A stretch of 64,000 nt of DNA from Octopus sinensis (lineage: Eukaryota). The notes below the pieces were generated by a model. That model did no database searches. It saw nothing but the letters and a program-made list of their open reading frames with translations, and was not told the origin of the DNA. A program made the position numbers and the translations under genes. The DNA lies in NCBI RefSeq assembly GCF_006345805.1, contig NC_043009.1:70308001-70372000 (forward strand). The letters run 5' to 3'. Each line of letters opens with the position of its first letter. The first letter of the stretch is position 1. Of the stretch, positions 51,716 to 64,000 are shown in pieces.

Positions 51716-52860
51716 TATAGTTTCCATACTTTCCGTCCCAGAACAAACTACTTCATCCGGCTCTTTCAGCATGATGATTCAGTTTTGAGGCAGCAGCTTG
51801 AATATACAAATGTCCATGTCTTATATCATCACTTTGCGAAGGCTTTTGACAAGCTGGATCATTGCATGAGATGTCACAAACTGCGAGATCCTGGCATAAC
51901 AGGCAAAATGAGAGACTGCTTAAATGACTTCTTAAAAGACAGAATTCAGTAGTTTCAGCCAATGCTGACCTCTTAATGGAAAGCAAATTCTGAGTGGAAT
52001 TGCCTGGGGGCATTATTGTTCATTGTCAATCTCTTAGATATTCCTGTAGTCACTTAGACAGCCATTGTCACAAGCTACCTCGATGATACAAAATTGTCAT
52101 AAGTAATAAAGGACTCTGACGGTGTTGTAAGCGAGACCTAAGTGGGCTAAAGAAAATAACATGCATTTTAATGCTGCAAAGTGTCAAGTACTGCGTTGTC
52201 AGATCATAAATGCACCACACCCTACATATACAGCACCCGAATCACTGCAATCCCAGAATTACAGATTGTGAGAGACATGGACATCATTATATGTTGTGAT
52301 GTATCATTACATGTGTCCATTACCAAAATGAGAAACAAAGTGTAAACAATTGGCTGGCTGGACACTAAAATACCTCCGGAAAAGGGACCAAAGATTCATG
52401 TAAGCTCTGTGAAAGACCTTTCCTCTCAGCTGTCTGGACTTTTGGATTCAGTGGTGGTCGCTGCATAGTATCAGACCACCTACGAAGCTTGAAGTCATTC
52501 AACACTACAACGCTAGAGGGACTGAAACACTACAGCAGATAAAATGTACTGGGGCTGGGGCTGCAAAAACTACGACTTTATTTCCTGGAAAGAAGACGCA
52601 CGGGATATATAAGGGCTAACCCCTAATTTCGGCATCAAGGGGTCTGAAAGTGCCTTGCTGGAAGCCATTGTGTAGAACCAAAATTTCTGTTCGCTCAATC
52701 TAAGGTGAGAGCCAATCACTGTTCTTCAGTGGTCTGCTGTAAAAATGAAGAAACTAACTCAATATTGTTGTGGACCTCTCGAAAAAAGAATTGGAGGTTC
52801 TCCTATCAGAAGAACTAACTCCCGGCATGAAGTACAAACGAGGATGTCAAACTGACACAC
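51716..52860 (+). pseudogene. Decayed CR1-clade LINE reverse transcriptase and 3' region
   Basis: FRPRTNYFIRLFQHDDSVLRQ...NVHVLYHHFAKAFDKLDH..CHKLRDPGITGKMRDCLNDFLKDRIQ, aligned by eye to the CR1 RT consensus (GFRxGRS, YLDFAKAFDKVDH). Degenerate YADD-like region near 52075-52090; many disruptions. Confidence 0.82.
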
Positions 52861-53309
52861 ACCACAAATGACCTACTCACCGGGAAAAAAGCACATTCTA
52901 GTGTGGTAATTAAAAAATTCCCCCTCTCAGAAGAATTCAGTCACATAAGAGAGTTGTGGAATGGGTAAAAATCACGAGGCTGCACCAGAACAAGCGTCAC
53001 CGTATTGCTGATATACATAAAACTAAACGAATTAACGTTATCCATTTATATATATATAAAGTACTGTGCTTAGCAATTCAACAATCGGACAAACAGAAGC
53101 GATAGAAACAGTTGTTCAATCAAATGACATCTCCTAGTACTCAATCGAGCACTAGGCTGGACTACTGCCGAATCAAAATATTTTGCCAGAACATTTGACA
53201 AAAAAAAGGATGAATTTAGTCCGTCAACCAGAGTGTTAGGCTACAAGTGGACAAAATTATGCGACGGCAATGAACTTTTAACCAATCAGCACTTGAACCT
53301 ATATCTATG

Positions 53310-53376
<67 letters not shown>

Positions 53377-53391
53377 GTCTGTCTGTCTGTA

Positions 53392-53424
<33 letters not shown>

Positions 53425-53680
53425 GCCTATAAACAAAATTCTCAGTATTAAACTGAATGTTATTTCCCTTAGCCCATTTCTATACTGCATTCAGTTATTT
53501 CTTCAGTTTTAGGAAAACATCAAAGTCCTTGACTACGTGTAATAGCTTTTGAGAGTGAGTGAGCGTATGGCTGAGAGAGCCACGACAGACTGTATTTATG
53601 TAAATACCATAACTGTCTCAGCGCTTAAATAAAACGTCAGTCAAAAGTTTATATATAGGTGAAAAGTAATCTATTTAAGT

Positions 53681-54037
53681 GGAGGTGCAATGACCCAGTG
53701 GTTAGGATCGCGGTTTCGATTCCCAGACCGGGCGTTGTGAGTGTTTATTGAGCGAAAACACCTAAAAGCTCCACGAGGCTTCGGCAGGGGATGGTGGTTA
53801 TCCCTGCTGTACTCTTTCACCACAACTTTCTCTCACTCTTACTTCCTGTTTCTGTTGTACCTGTATTTCAAAGGGCCGGCCTTGTCACTCTCTGTGTCAC
53901 GCTGAATATCCCCGAGAACTACGTTAAGGGTACACGTGTCTGTGGAGTGCTCAGCCACTTACACGTTAATTTCACGAGCAGGCTGTTCCGTTGATTTGGA
54001 TCAACCGGAACCCTCGTCGTCGTAACCGACGGAGTGC
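53681..54037 (+). mobile_element. tRNA-derived SINE (tail type 3) with the anticodon-arm region deleted
   Basis: ggaggtgcaatgacccagtggttaggatcgcggtttcgattcc, then shared core and a tail identical in type to 17361-17630. Confidence 0.9.
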
Positions 54038-54456
54038 TTCCATCCAATCTATTTAACTTTGATAACTTTGATAGGTTTCGGTCAGTATAGGCCCAGGCCA
54101 TGTCTAGCACCATATATATTACTTTGCAGGTATATGTAAGGGTGGGTATTCCAATGGAATCTTATCGTCTGTATTACTACTCCAAACCGTGATCACCGCA
54201 GAGCTGGGACCCTCCCTATCATAACCGAGTGCTCATAGATATTATGGCTGCCCCCTCGTTATCGACTATGGCCATTGCACGAAGCTTAACTGTTACTGGT
54301 GCTGTGATCGAATGTGACTTTTTAGCCCAGCTAAATTGTCTTGTACAAAATTAGCAACTAAAACCTTTACTGGTAATAGCCGGCTGTAGTTGTAACTGGG
54401 CTTCATGTACTTTTGCATGTCGTTTAAGTCCTCCTGCCGAATTACACACACACACA

Positions 54457-54511
<55 letters not shown>

Positions 54512-54514
<3 letters not shown>

Positions 54515-55440
54515 AGGCAGTTAGAATGAGACAAAATACATCGATATATATTAAAGCCGATATATTGATTCGTGTAAATATGACGCAATTCCTAGTTGCT
54601 GTCCAGAGGTTTAACATACAACAGTGACATACGACTGAAGAATATTTCACGTATTTCCTTCCTGCCAGTAGCGGTTGTCTAATTGGACTTCATTAATGGA
54701 CGCGAATGACTCATCTATTAGATGAATTATAAGTATAAGATAAATAGCTGTTCAACATAGAAATATTTCGGAAAATATGACACGATGTCACTGCTATAAA
54801 GAAATATATCCGTATAAAGAATCCCTTAATGCCATAGAATGTTACATTAACATTTCGAGACGCATTTGATTAAAAATCAACAATAATAATTTAAAGATAC
54901 ATGCACACATACACTCACATACACAAAACAAATAACATTATATTAATCAATATTCATATGTATGTATACATATATATATATATATATCTAGGCAGTTAGA
55001 ATGAGAAAAAATACATCGATATATATTAAAGCCGATATATTGATTCGTGTAAATATGACGCAATTCCTAGTTGCTGTCCAGAGGTTTAACATACAACAGT
55101 GACATACGACTGAAGAATATTTCACGTATTTCCTTCCTGCCAGTAGCGGTTGTCTAATTGGACTTCATTAATGGACGCGAATGACTCATCTATTAGATGA
55201 ATTATAAGTATAAGATAAATAGCTGTTCAACATAGAAATATTTCGGAAAATATGACACGATGTCACTGCTATAAAGAAATATATCCGTATAAAGAATCCC
55301 TTAATGCCATAGAATGTTACATTAACATTTCGAGACGCATTTGATTAAAAATCAACAATAATAATTTAAAGATACATGCACACATACACTCACATACACA
55401 AAACAAATAACATTATATTAATCAATATTCATATGTATGT

Positions 55441-55472
<32 letters not shown>

Positions 55473-55945
55473 CTAGGCAGTTAGAATGAGAAAAAATACA
55501 TCGATATATATTAAAGCCGATATATTGATTCGTGTAAATATGACGCAATTCCTAGTTGCTGTCCAGAGGTTTAACATACAACAGTGACATACGACTGAAG
55601 AATATTTCACGTATTTCCTTCCTGCCAGTAGCGGTTGTCTAATTGGACTTCATTAATGGACGCGAATGACTCATCTATTAGATGAATTATAAGTATAAGA
55701 TAAATAGCTGTTCAACATAGAAATATTTCGGAAAATATGACACGATGTCACTGCTATAAAGAAATATATCCGTATAAAGAATCCCTTAATGCCATAGAAT
55801 GTTACATTAACATTTCGAGACGCATTTGATTAAAAATCAACAATAATAATTTAAAGATACATGCACACATACACTCACATACACAAAACAAATAACATTA
55901 TATTAATCAATATTCATATGTATGTATACATATATATATATATAT
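54512..55945. repeat. Tandem triplication, unit about 475-485 bp, bounded by (TA)n
   Basis: tctaggcagttagaatgag at 54512, 54987 and 55472; units are nearly identical apart from (TA)n length and one substitution (gacaaaa vs gaaaaaa). Confidence 0.97.
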
Positions 55946-56095
55946 ATACATACTTACCTGCCTACCTACCTACCTACCTACATACATACATACCTACCTA
56001 CCTACCTACCTACCTACCTACCTACGTATCTACATATATACATACCTAACTACATGCATATCTACATGCTTACCTTCCTATATACATACATGCAT

Positions 56096-56159
<64 letters not shown>

Positions 56160-56532
56160 TTCTTTATTGCCCACAGAAGGCTAAACATAGAGGGGACAAA
56201 CAGGGGCAGACAAACGGATTAAGTCGATTACATAGACCTCGGTGTGTAACTGGTACTTATTTAATCGACCCCGAAGGATAAAAGACAAAGTCAACCTCGG
56301 CGGAATTTGAACTCAGAACATAACGGCAGACGAAATACCTATTTCTTTACTGCCCACAAGGGGACAAACAAGGACAGACAAACGGATTAAGTTGATTATA
56401 TCGACCGCAGTGCGTAACTGGTACTTATTTAATCGACCCCGAAAGGATGAAAGGTAAAGTTGACCTCGGCGGAATTCGAACTCAGAACGTAGCGGCAGAC
56501 GAAATACCATTAAACATTTCGCCGGGCGTGCT
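56160..56532 (-). mobile_element. Head-to-tail SINE dimer (gagctggcagaa family)
   Basis: ggtacttatttaatcgaccccgaa...cctcggcggaatt.gaactcagaac occurs twice (about 56250-56320 and 56420-56490); only the upstream monomer retains the 5' end. Confidence 0.9.
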
Positions 56533-57663
56533 AACCGTTCTGCCAGTTCGTACATATAACCTTCACCTATACGCATACCCACTACGACAAAAGAATATGT
56601 GCTGACCGTTTTCTTGAGTGTACGATTGAATGAATGCCTGCGCATGCGGTGAAATTCAAAGCTGGAGATAATATATTGAAAATATGATCGTTGCTCACCT
56701 TGCTACACTTATTTCCGCTTCCTTAGTCACAATTTAACATGTGCCAAAATGAGAATATTGCTCATTTAGTTGCTTTTAACTCTGTACATATAAACACAGA
56801 AACCCCGATATCACTGCCCAACTCATTTCCCTCTTTCACTAGTCCTTCCTATTTTGCTCAATTTCTTTTCATCTCTCTCTCTCTTTCCCTCTCTCTCCCT
56901 CTCTCTCTCTGTCTGTCTCTCTCTGCATTTCCCTCTCAATCTGATTTTGTTCCACTTCCGTTATTTCTATCACACTCATAGATCTCCATTTGCTCTGGAC
57001 GCCAATTTAAACACAATCTGCAATTCAGAATTGCATATTTTTCTTCTACATTTACTCTTTCACCCTAAACGATTATAATAGTTTTCTTTCACCTATTGGT
57101 AATTCTATTACAACCATCCTTACGTTGGTTGTGTTTCCGATATGTTTTTCTCAGAATTTGAGGATTTTCGCAAGTCAAATTTCATTTATTATTTATTATT
57201 TCATCTCAGTCTCTGTCTTTGTCTCTCCCCCTCTCTCTCTATCTGTCTGTGTCTGTCGTTTTCTCTATATATTTACGTTTATATATGTATGTAATATATT
57301 TGTATTTATACGTATATATATATATATATATATATACGTATATATATATTGATGCGCACATACACAGATAAACACAGAAATACGGACGACATGCACAGAT
57401 GCACACGTCGTAATAGCTCACAGTAACCAACAATTTATCAAGGTGAAGGTGTGTGTTATCGCATAAATTCTGATTCTTGATTTGATATAAATTACTTGGA
57501 AATTAATCAAATGTAAGTCACAGTTTCATTGAATATCGTGGGAAAATTGTCCTGTGCATCATTTATTTTCTATTTAAATTTAACATAATTTCAGAGATAA
57601 ACAGATGTAGTTTCCTCTCGAGGAATATATACACTACAGAAGTTCCTATATTTAAACACACAC

Positions 57664-57697
<34 letters not shown>

Positions 57698-58545
57698 CAC
57701 ACACACACACACACAAACACACACTCATATATGTATGTGTGTAACACAAATTCATAAAGGTATACATAGATACATACAGACACGCACATATATATATATA
57801 TATATATATACATGCATACATACATGCATATGTCAATATATATATATCTACACAAGCATATGTAAACACTGACCGAGACAGATACACTGTCGCACTCAAA
57901 CACAGAACTTCGCAACTGACATATATACATGCGTATACTTTATATACAATATATATTAAAGTGAGATGTCTCTAGGCGTGTTTAATGTAATATTTCAATT
58001 CACACAATTTACCTAATGTAGTTTATATTCAATGTGGATCACTTATCTCGTTGTATTTGCATATTAATTGTATATTATATTATAGAACTGTCGCAATATA
58101 TTATAACGGCATTATATTCCATTGTTGTTTGAAACGAAATGTCTATCAAAACATGTGTTCCCATCTCTCATACACGCCACGCCGAATCCTCATGTCTACA
58201 CAAGCAAAAGAACCGCGCATAACGACACTCAAACATACTCCAATACATACAGAAGCAAGCAAGTTTATTCATATGGTAAAATAGCACCACACATACCTAC
58301 TCCCAACCCTGTATCTCAGCAGATAGAGAAGGAGACGGGGAGAATCTCAAGCAAATTTGAAACGCCAGATATATTCCTTTTTATCCTAGGCACAAGGCCC
58401 AAAGAGAATCTGTGCAACTTTCCTTAAAGTGCACGTTAAGAAAATTGCATATAAACGTACACACACGCACATATATATATATAGACATATATATATATAT
58501 AAATATGTGTGTGTGTGTGTGTGACCGCGTGTGTACCGTTGGCGA

Positions 58546-58727
58546 TTTTTTCCCTCTGTCTTCCCTTCTCTGAATCTTTCCTTCTCCTATGTTTTAGACG
58601 AAGAGCTCCGCTCGAAACGTTAAACCCTCCTTCTTCCCTTCCTTCCTGAGTGTTCAATAATACTATATTTGTTCCACGTCCTCGCGTTGTTGTATTTTCT
58701 CTTTGTGTTTTCCTGTTTGGATTAACT
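58546..58727 (+). mobile_element. Second family A Penelope-type terminal-repeat element
   Basis: cctatgttttagacgaagagctccgctcgaaacgttaaaccctcc...ttccacgtcctcgcgttgttg...attaac, then (TA)n; the core C3U4 is mutated in this copy. Confidence 0.75.
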
Positions 58728-59721
58728 TTATATATATATATACATATACATAGATATTTATATACATATATATATTTATTTATTTATGTATGTGTATGGA
58801 TGTATCTATTTATGTGTGTGTTTGTGTGTGTTTGTGCGCGCGTGCAGTATCATGCTTTGATACAGTACGCCTTACCATATATGATCGATTCATTGCTGAG
58901 ATCCATATTCCACCCCTAAAACTGGGGTAAATCTTACCGCAACGAAAAGTTACTCAGACAAATATTTCATTTAATAGTCGGGAGAAAATAAAGAAACACC
59001 GGAAGCGGGAAATTTCCTGGTAGACTTGGAGTCCTCGTCTCTTATTTCCGAATACTTTTTTCGGACTACTGGAAAAAATTCCAGATTTTATGGTGAGTAT
59101 CATAAATATTTGATAGGAAAAACTATTAAAATTTTATATTCAGTTACTCTTTTCTACCCATCCATTGTAGCAGCCTGTATTTGGGTTAAAATTAGAAGTT
59201 TTGATGTAGAGCTACTATCACTTAGTGAAAGGCAAAATATAGGTTCTCATAGCGCACAGGCCAAATTTAAAATTCCGAGACAAATTACTGCCAATCATAA
59301 AATATGAATGTGAAAAAATTGAACGTAGTAGTTACGTAGGCATTGGCAACCAAAGCCCTATGAAATCTAGTTATAGGTTTAGCAAACATATTAATGGCTT
59401 GACCAGAAGTAAATTACTTACCATATCTAGTAATACTTTTAAGTATTTAATTAGGCCTCCAAACATGAAAAATACCTGTAATTGTAGATTTAGGAATGAC
59501 TGACCTTTGGATCGTAAATGTACACAGACCAATGTAATAGTGTTGAGCTAAAAACTAAAATTAATTCTCCTTGCTGCATTCAACTCTCAGCTTGCCCTGT
59601 CAAGAAAATTATTCCTGCTTGTAAGAAGTTCTTTACTAATGAAGGATTAAAATTTCCTCTTCATTACTCAATCGAATTAGAAATCTAAGAATATAAGATA
59701 CTGCTTAATAGAGTCATTATA

Positions 59722-60760
59722 CCAGATCATCCCATAAGTTCTGTCCGAATTTTCAATAAAGAAAACAAGTGATCAGATGATATATTTAATTGAAATTTAA
59801 TCACCAATGTACTTTCCCTGATTATCTATGACTTCCTTCCATCTTGTTACAAGCTTTTTAATCCCATCAATGTAAAACTCTTTTGGTTTCAAAGAGAAGA
59901 AATCTGAAATGTCAGTTTCGACTTCCTCCTGGCTTGCGAAAGTTATGTCCCCCAAATGATTCTGTAAACTACGAAACAAATGGTACCCTGAAGGAGCAAG
60001 GTCGGGAGAATAAGGTGGATGAGGAATTTTTCCCAACCAAGCTCTTGTATCTTCTGTGATGTGATCTTTGCAGTGTGGGGTCGTGCATTGTCCTGATGAA
60101 ACATCACTCCTTTTTGATTCAATAAAGCGGGTCTTTTTTTCTTCAAAGCTCGATTCAAACGCCCTTATTGCTGACAGTAGCCATGAGCATTGATTGTTAC
60201 ATTAGGTGGTAACAATTCAAAGTGAATTACTCCTTTGCATTCTTACTAGACAGAGAGGAGAACCTTTTTCCCATGAAGTTCCCTTCTTGGTTGTGGTCGA
60301 ACTTTTTCCTTTTACCAATCCACTGTTTACGACGTTTAACATTTCGATAGAAGATCCATTTTTCGTCACTAGTCAGAAGTCTATCGAAAAAGGGTGAAAT
60401 TAGTTCTCGAGAATGGAGAGAAGAGTAGATGTCAACTCGGGATTTGCGGTTGCTTTCTGAAAATTCATGAGGCATTTTCCAAGTTTAGGAACCTTTGCAA
60501 ATTGTTGAAAATGACGATGAACAGTTGTATGGTTTGAACTAAGCTTTATTGCCAATTGTTCAACTGATAATGCAGGATTTTTTTCAAGTAATTCCTCAAG
60601 GAGCTTATCATCAAACTCAACTGGACGTCCTGTTCGATCTTCATCTTCAAGGCTAAAATCACCAATTCTGAATTTTGCAAACCATCTTCTGCAAGTTCTT
60701 TTATGGAAATTCAAAACATACCTATCTATATTTCGGCCTGAAAATTCCTTGTTTTCTCGA
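59722..60760 (-). mobile_element. 5'-truncated decayed mariner transposon
   Basis: 3' TIR ccagatcatcccataagttctgtccg after TA at 59720-59721. Transposase pieces: KRTCRRWFAKFRIGDFSLEDEDRTGRP, LLTSDEKWIFYRN (D1), MFHQDNARPH (D2), PYSPDLAPSGYHLFRSLQNHL (D3 mutated to G), GIKKLVTRWKEVIDNQGKYIGD*. Confidence 0.92.
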
Positions 60761-61125
60761 AGGATTGCTCAATAACAATATTTTCGACTTCGGATATCCT
60801 ACATTTCTATATTTTCTCTTTCACTCTCCGATGCTGGAATACATAGGTTACGTGGAATTATTTACTGAACAGCATCATCCCCATGATTAGCTTTTCTAGA
60901 AACACCTCCAAAGGACTTCGGCATTTATTACAACCACTTCGCACTTTATATTATAAACTGGAAATTAAATGCTTTGTTTCTTCATTATTTGTTACAATGT
61001 ATATTTACTTGCCCAATGATAGACCAACCACTTCTAGTCACCTTCCGCCTTTCACAGGCAATTTGAGTCCCACATTTCACGGTGGCAGTTCATGTAGAAG
61101 ATGGTGAACCAAACTAGGCACTCAC

Positions 61126-61174
<49 letters not shown>

Positions 61175-61258
61175 ATGAGATCGTTAGTTTAAAATAAAAT
61201 AACGATTATATCAAGTGGCCAGCATTGAAAAAAAAATTCCTTCAAAGGTAATAATTAT

Positions 61259-61346
61259 TAAAATTATAAATTAGTGTATCTACGAGATACCACCATGCTA
61301 TTTTCAGCATGGTGGTATCTCGTAGATACACTAATTTATAATTTTA
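61259..61346. repeat. Perfect inverted repeat, 41-bp arms, 6-nt spacer
   Basis: taaaattataaattagtgtatctacgagataccaccatgct-attttc-agcatggtggtatctcgtagatacactaatttataatttta. Confidence 0.95.
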
Positions 61347-62199
61347 TATATATATACACACATACATACATAGAAAAGCACATAGAATTATACATATACT
61401 ATATTCATGTTTAACAAGTTCCGTTCCGTTTATCTAATGTGGAATGCACGCACCACCTCGCTGACATCATAATAAAGTCATTCTACGGTACGTTTAACGG
61501 TTTATAATTTTTTCACAGGCGTTTATATCAGAAACTGGATACCAATGTATTGAATTTCGTTCGATGCCAATCTGCCAGAGCTGTATTTCTGTAGTTTTAT
61601 TCAGCCTGACGCTTGATTGCGACATCAGGGATATTTTCAATCACTGTTTAACTACTCCAAAACCGTCAGACTTTGCCTTACAAGCAGTTTTCCAGTGGTT
61701 ACTTGCTACTGATGAAGCATAATATTGAAGAAACGGGCGCTTAGCAAGACCATCGTTGCTGCTGCTGCTGTATTTCCCCCCAAAATTGATATATTTCTGT
61801 TTTTAACACTGCACATCTGTAAAACATTTTGTCACGTGACAGATGCCACAGTAAATTCGACTTTCAACGACGCACCTACTTTAAGTATGATACACAGTTT
61901 GTTACTTACAGTATTTCTTCCATTGCACATAACTACTAGATACCCGAACACATATAATACAAATATAAATATTCATTCAGACGAATTTCTTAAATGATTT
62001 CTCACTAGTAAAAGTGAAGAAACTACAATACACGTACATAAACACAAGCATGAAAACAATATGTTCATATCGTAATATACATAATGAATATTACACAAAG
62101 ATACGTCCCTGCACAAATATATTTGCAAACACAGAGATACTTACGAGAACTACAATATAATGATATGGATATATTTGCAAATATCTATAAATACGAGTT

Positions 62200-63420
62200 T
62201 GAAATTGGGTGTATAAAGTTTCATTTCTATTTTTGAGATGAAGATTACGAGTTGATTTTCCTTGTTATTCTGTTAGCTATGCGTTTAGAATGATCAACTT
62301 CTATCTTATGCTCATTTCTTATGTTACCATTAATGTTGTGGGTGTATGTTTTGGATATTGTATTCTTCACACCTATGTGCTGAATATGACATATTTTAGA
62401 ATAACTCGGATGATTTTGTAATCTTGGATGTTTACATTACTTATGTGTTATTTGATATATTTATTCATTTTACTGCATTGGATCGTCCTATAATATTATC
62501 CAGTTTTGGTGCTGTAGAGGATCAGAATTTACAGTGCATTTTTTAAAACTGCAGGGACATTTGCGGTTCAGAGGAAAGTTACTACTCAATGTAACTCAAT
62601 GTATTGAAGAAACCTTTAGTTATATTTGTCCTAGCATTTTTTGCACCAAGTGTATTAAAGCCAATTACATTCTTTTACCTTGTTTTAATATCTCTAGTTT
62701 TTGGTGCGTCACAGAATGTTCTTGGAGAAGTATATTTTGATTTCAATGAGTTATTAGAATATTCAATTTTCAGAAAGGACTGCTATATTTTCCCCTACAT
62801 TCTCAGTTATAATTTTTTATATTAGCATTTGGTTTGTTAATAGCCGCTGGATCCCACTTATTTGATTTCTGGACGCATTTTATCATTTTTTAAAGTTTTG
62901 TGGCATATTCGTTGTCAAGAGATTTAAATTCACCATTTCTGTTTGTTAAGTAAATGTTTACGACTATCACCAAATTTAGCAATTTTGCTTTTCTATTAAC
63001 AGAGATTTCATTATTTGTTTTCGACGAACTAATGCTACTTACACTAGCATTGCGGTTAATTATATTAGACGCGATTATATTAGAATTATCACTTCCTCGC
63101 TTCATAGCAAATATTTTTACGTTTTGAAGTTTGCGTTAGTGTTGTGTAGTGTATTAATACGCTGACTATACTTATGTGTAGAATTTATGCTATATTTAGA
63201 ATTGTTTCTATGGGAGGGCGTAGTAAACTGGGTCTTATCTCTTCAGAACCATTTTTCAACAAAACTTCCTCACAGTTATAATTATAATATTCACTGATAT
63301 CATAAAAAAGTTTCTGCGTCAGAGGTTAGTTTTGGTATTCTAAATGGAATATTCTTTATATGATAAACAATTATAGATTTTTGATGATTAGAAAGATTTT
63401 TGCGTATGTAGTTAAGCCTA
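62200..63420 (-). pseudogene. Decayed coding-like tract of unknown origin (Asn/Ser/Lys/Thr-rich)
   Basis: Successive open stretches in shifting frames, e.g. YDISEYYNYNCEEVLLKNGSEEIRPSLLRPP, MKRGSDNSNIIASNIINRNASVSSISSSK, KIEYSNNSLKSKYTSPRTFCDAPKTRDIK. No recognisable domain. Confidence 0.3.
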
Positions 63421-63753
63421 TCAGTAGGTTTATGGAAAGCAAAAATGTCAGCAGTTATTCAAACTTAAAGTGACAGCAAGGAAATTTATGCTTTTCATAG
63501 TGCAAGCTGAAAGAGATAGACATATTAAAATGTTTAGAGAAAGTTAATAGACTTATTGAGGTGTATATAATACCAATGGAGACTGAGAGGAAAACTATAT
63601 TTACTACTTTATTAGAAATTGGACGTACAAGGATTTACATGGTTTTCTATGTATTAGATAACCGATATGCAATGTCATTCGAAAGAGAAATTAAATTCAT
63701 CAGTGTAAACATATATATATATATATATATATATAAACATACTCACACACACA

Positions 63754-63795
<42 letters not shown>

Positions 63796-63799
63796 TATA

Positions 63800-64000
63800 G
63801 GTACAAGGCTTCGTACTTTGGGCATTCAACTCATGGTCATAAAGTCATGAGTTCGATTCCTGGCGGCACGTTGTGTCCTTGAGCAGGACACTTTATCTCA
63901 CGTTGCTCTCATATGTCCAGCTACCAAAAACCATCAGTTACATTTGTCATTCAAATGTTCGGCATTGTCACAATCTGTCAGGCTGAATATCTCAGAGAAC
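63800..64000 (+). mobile_element. SINE, running off the window end
   Basis: B-box gagttcgattcc; core ttgtgtccttgagcaggacactttatctcacgttgc; later tgtcaggctgaatatctcagagaac, matching tail type 3. Confidence 0.75.

Noticed and set aside
61709-61735. CTGATGA...GAAAC hammerhead-like spacing
   Set aside because: No stem II or stem I complementarity.
62200-63100. T-rich plus strand with hydrophobic ORF 62604-62825 suggesting a mitochondrial insertion or membrane protein
   Set aside because: Stops remain under the invertebrate mitochondrial code and no mitochondrial gene motif is recognisable; hydrophobicity follows from base composition.

Overview
AT-rich, microsatellite-saturated eukaryotic non-coding DNA with one 100-N scaffold gap (14087-14186). 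The SINE families and repeat landscape look like an octopus (coleoid cephalopod) genome; this is inference from recalled repeat families, not a database result. No intact host protein-coding gene, rRNA, true tRNA or CRISPR array is supported, and most ORFs in the track are microsatellite translations. Recognisable coding remnants are all transposon-derived: two near-complete decayed mariner transposase genes plus fragments, six fragments of restriction-like-endonuclease (R4/Dong-type) LINEs, several next to (TAA)n tracts, a CR1-type RT remnant, and a Penelope-like GIY-YIG endonuclease fragment with an open frame. There are also more than 15 SINE copies with shared heads and interchangeable tails. 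The most interesting signal is a set of hammerhead-ribozyme-like motifs from four distinct Penelope-type terminal-repeat families (4521, 17055, 20754, 30718, 43924, 49280, 58591), most abutting (TA)n. One family carries U instead of the conserved A6 of the catalytic core in all three copies, while a sister family keeps the canonical core. The window also holds several long inverted repeats and perfect palindromes (potential dsRNA/ADAR substrates), microsatellite-bounded tandem duplications, a templated insertion and two unexplained decayed coding-like tracts.
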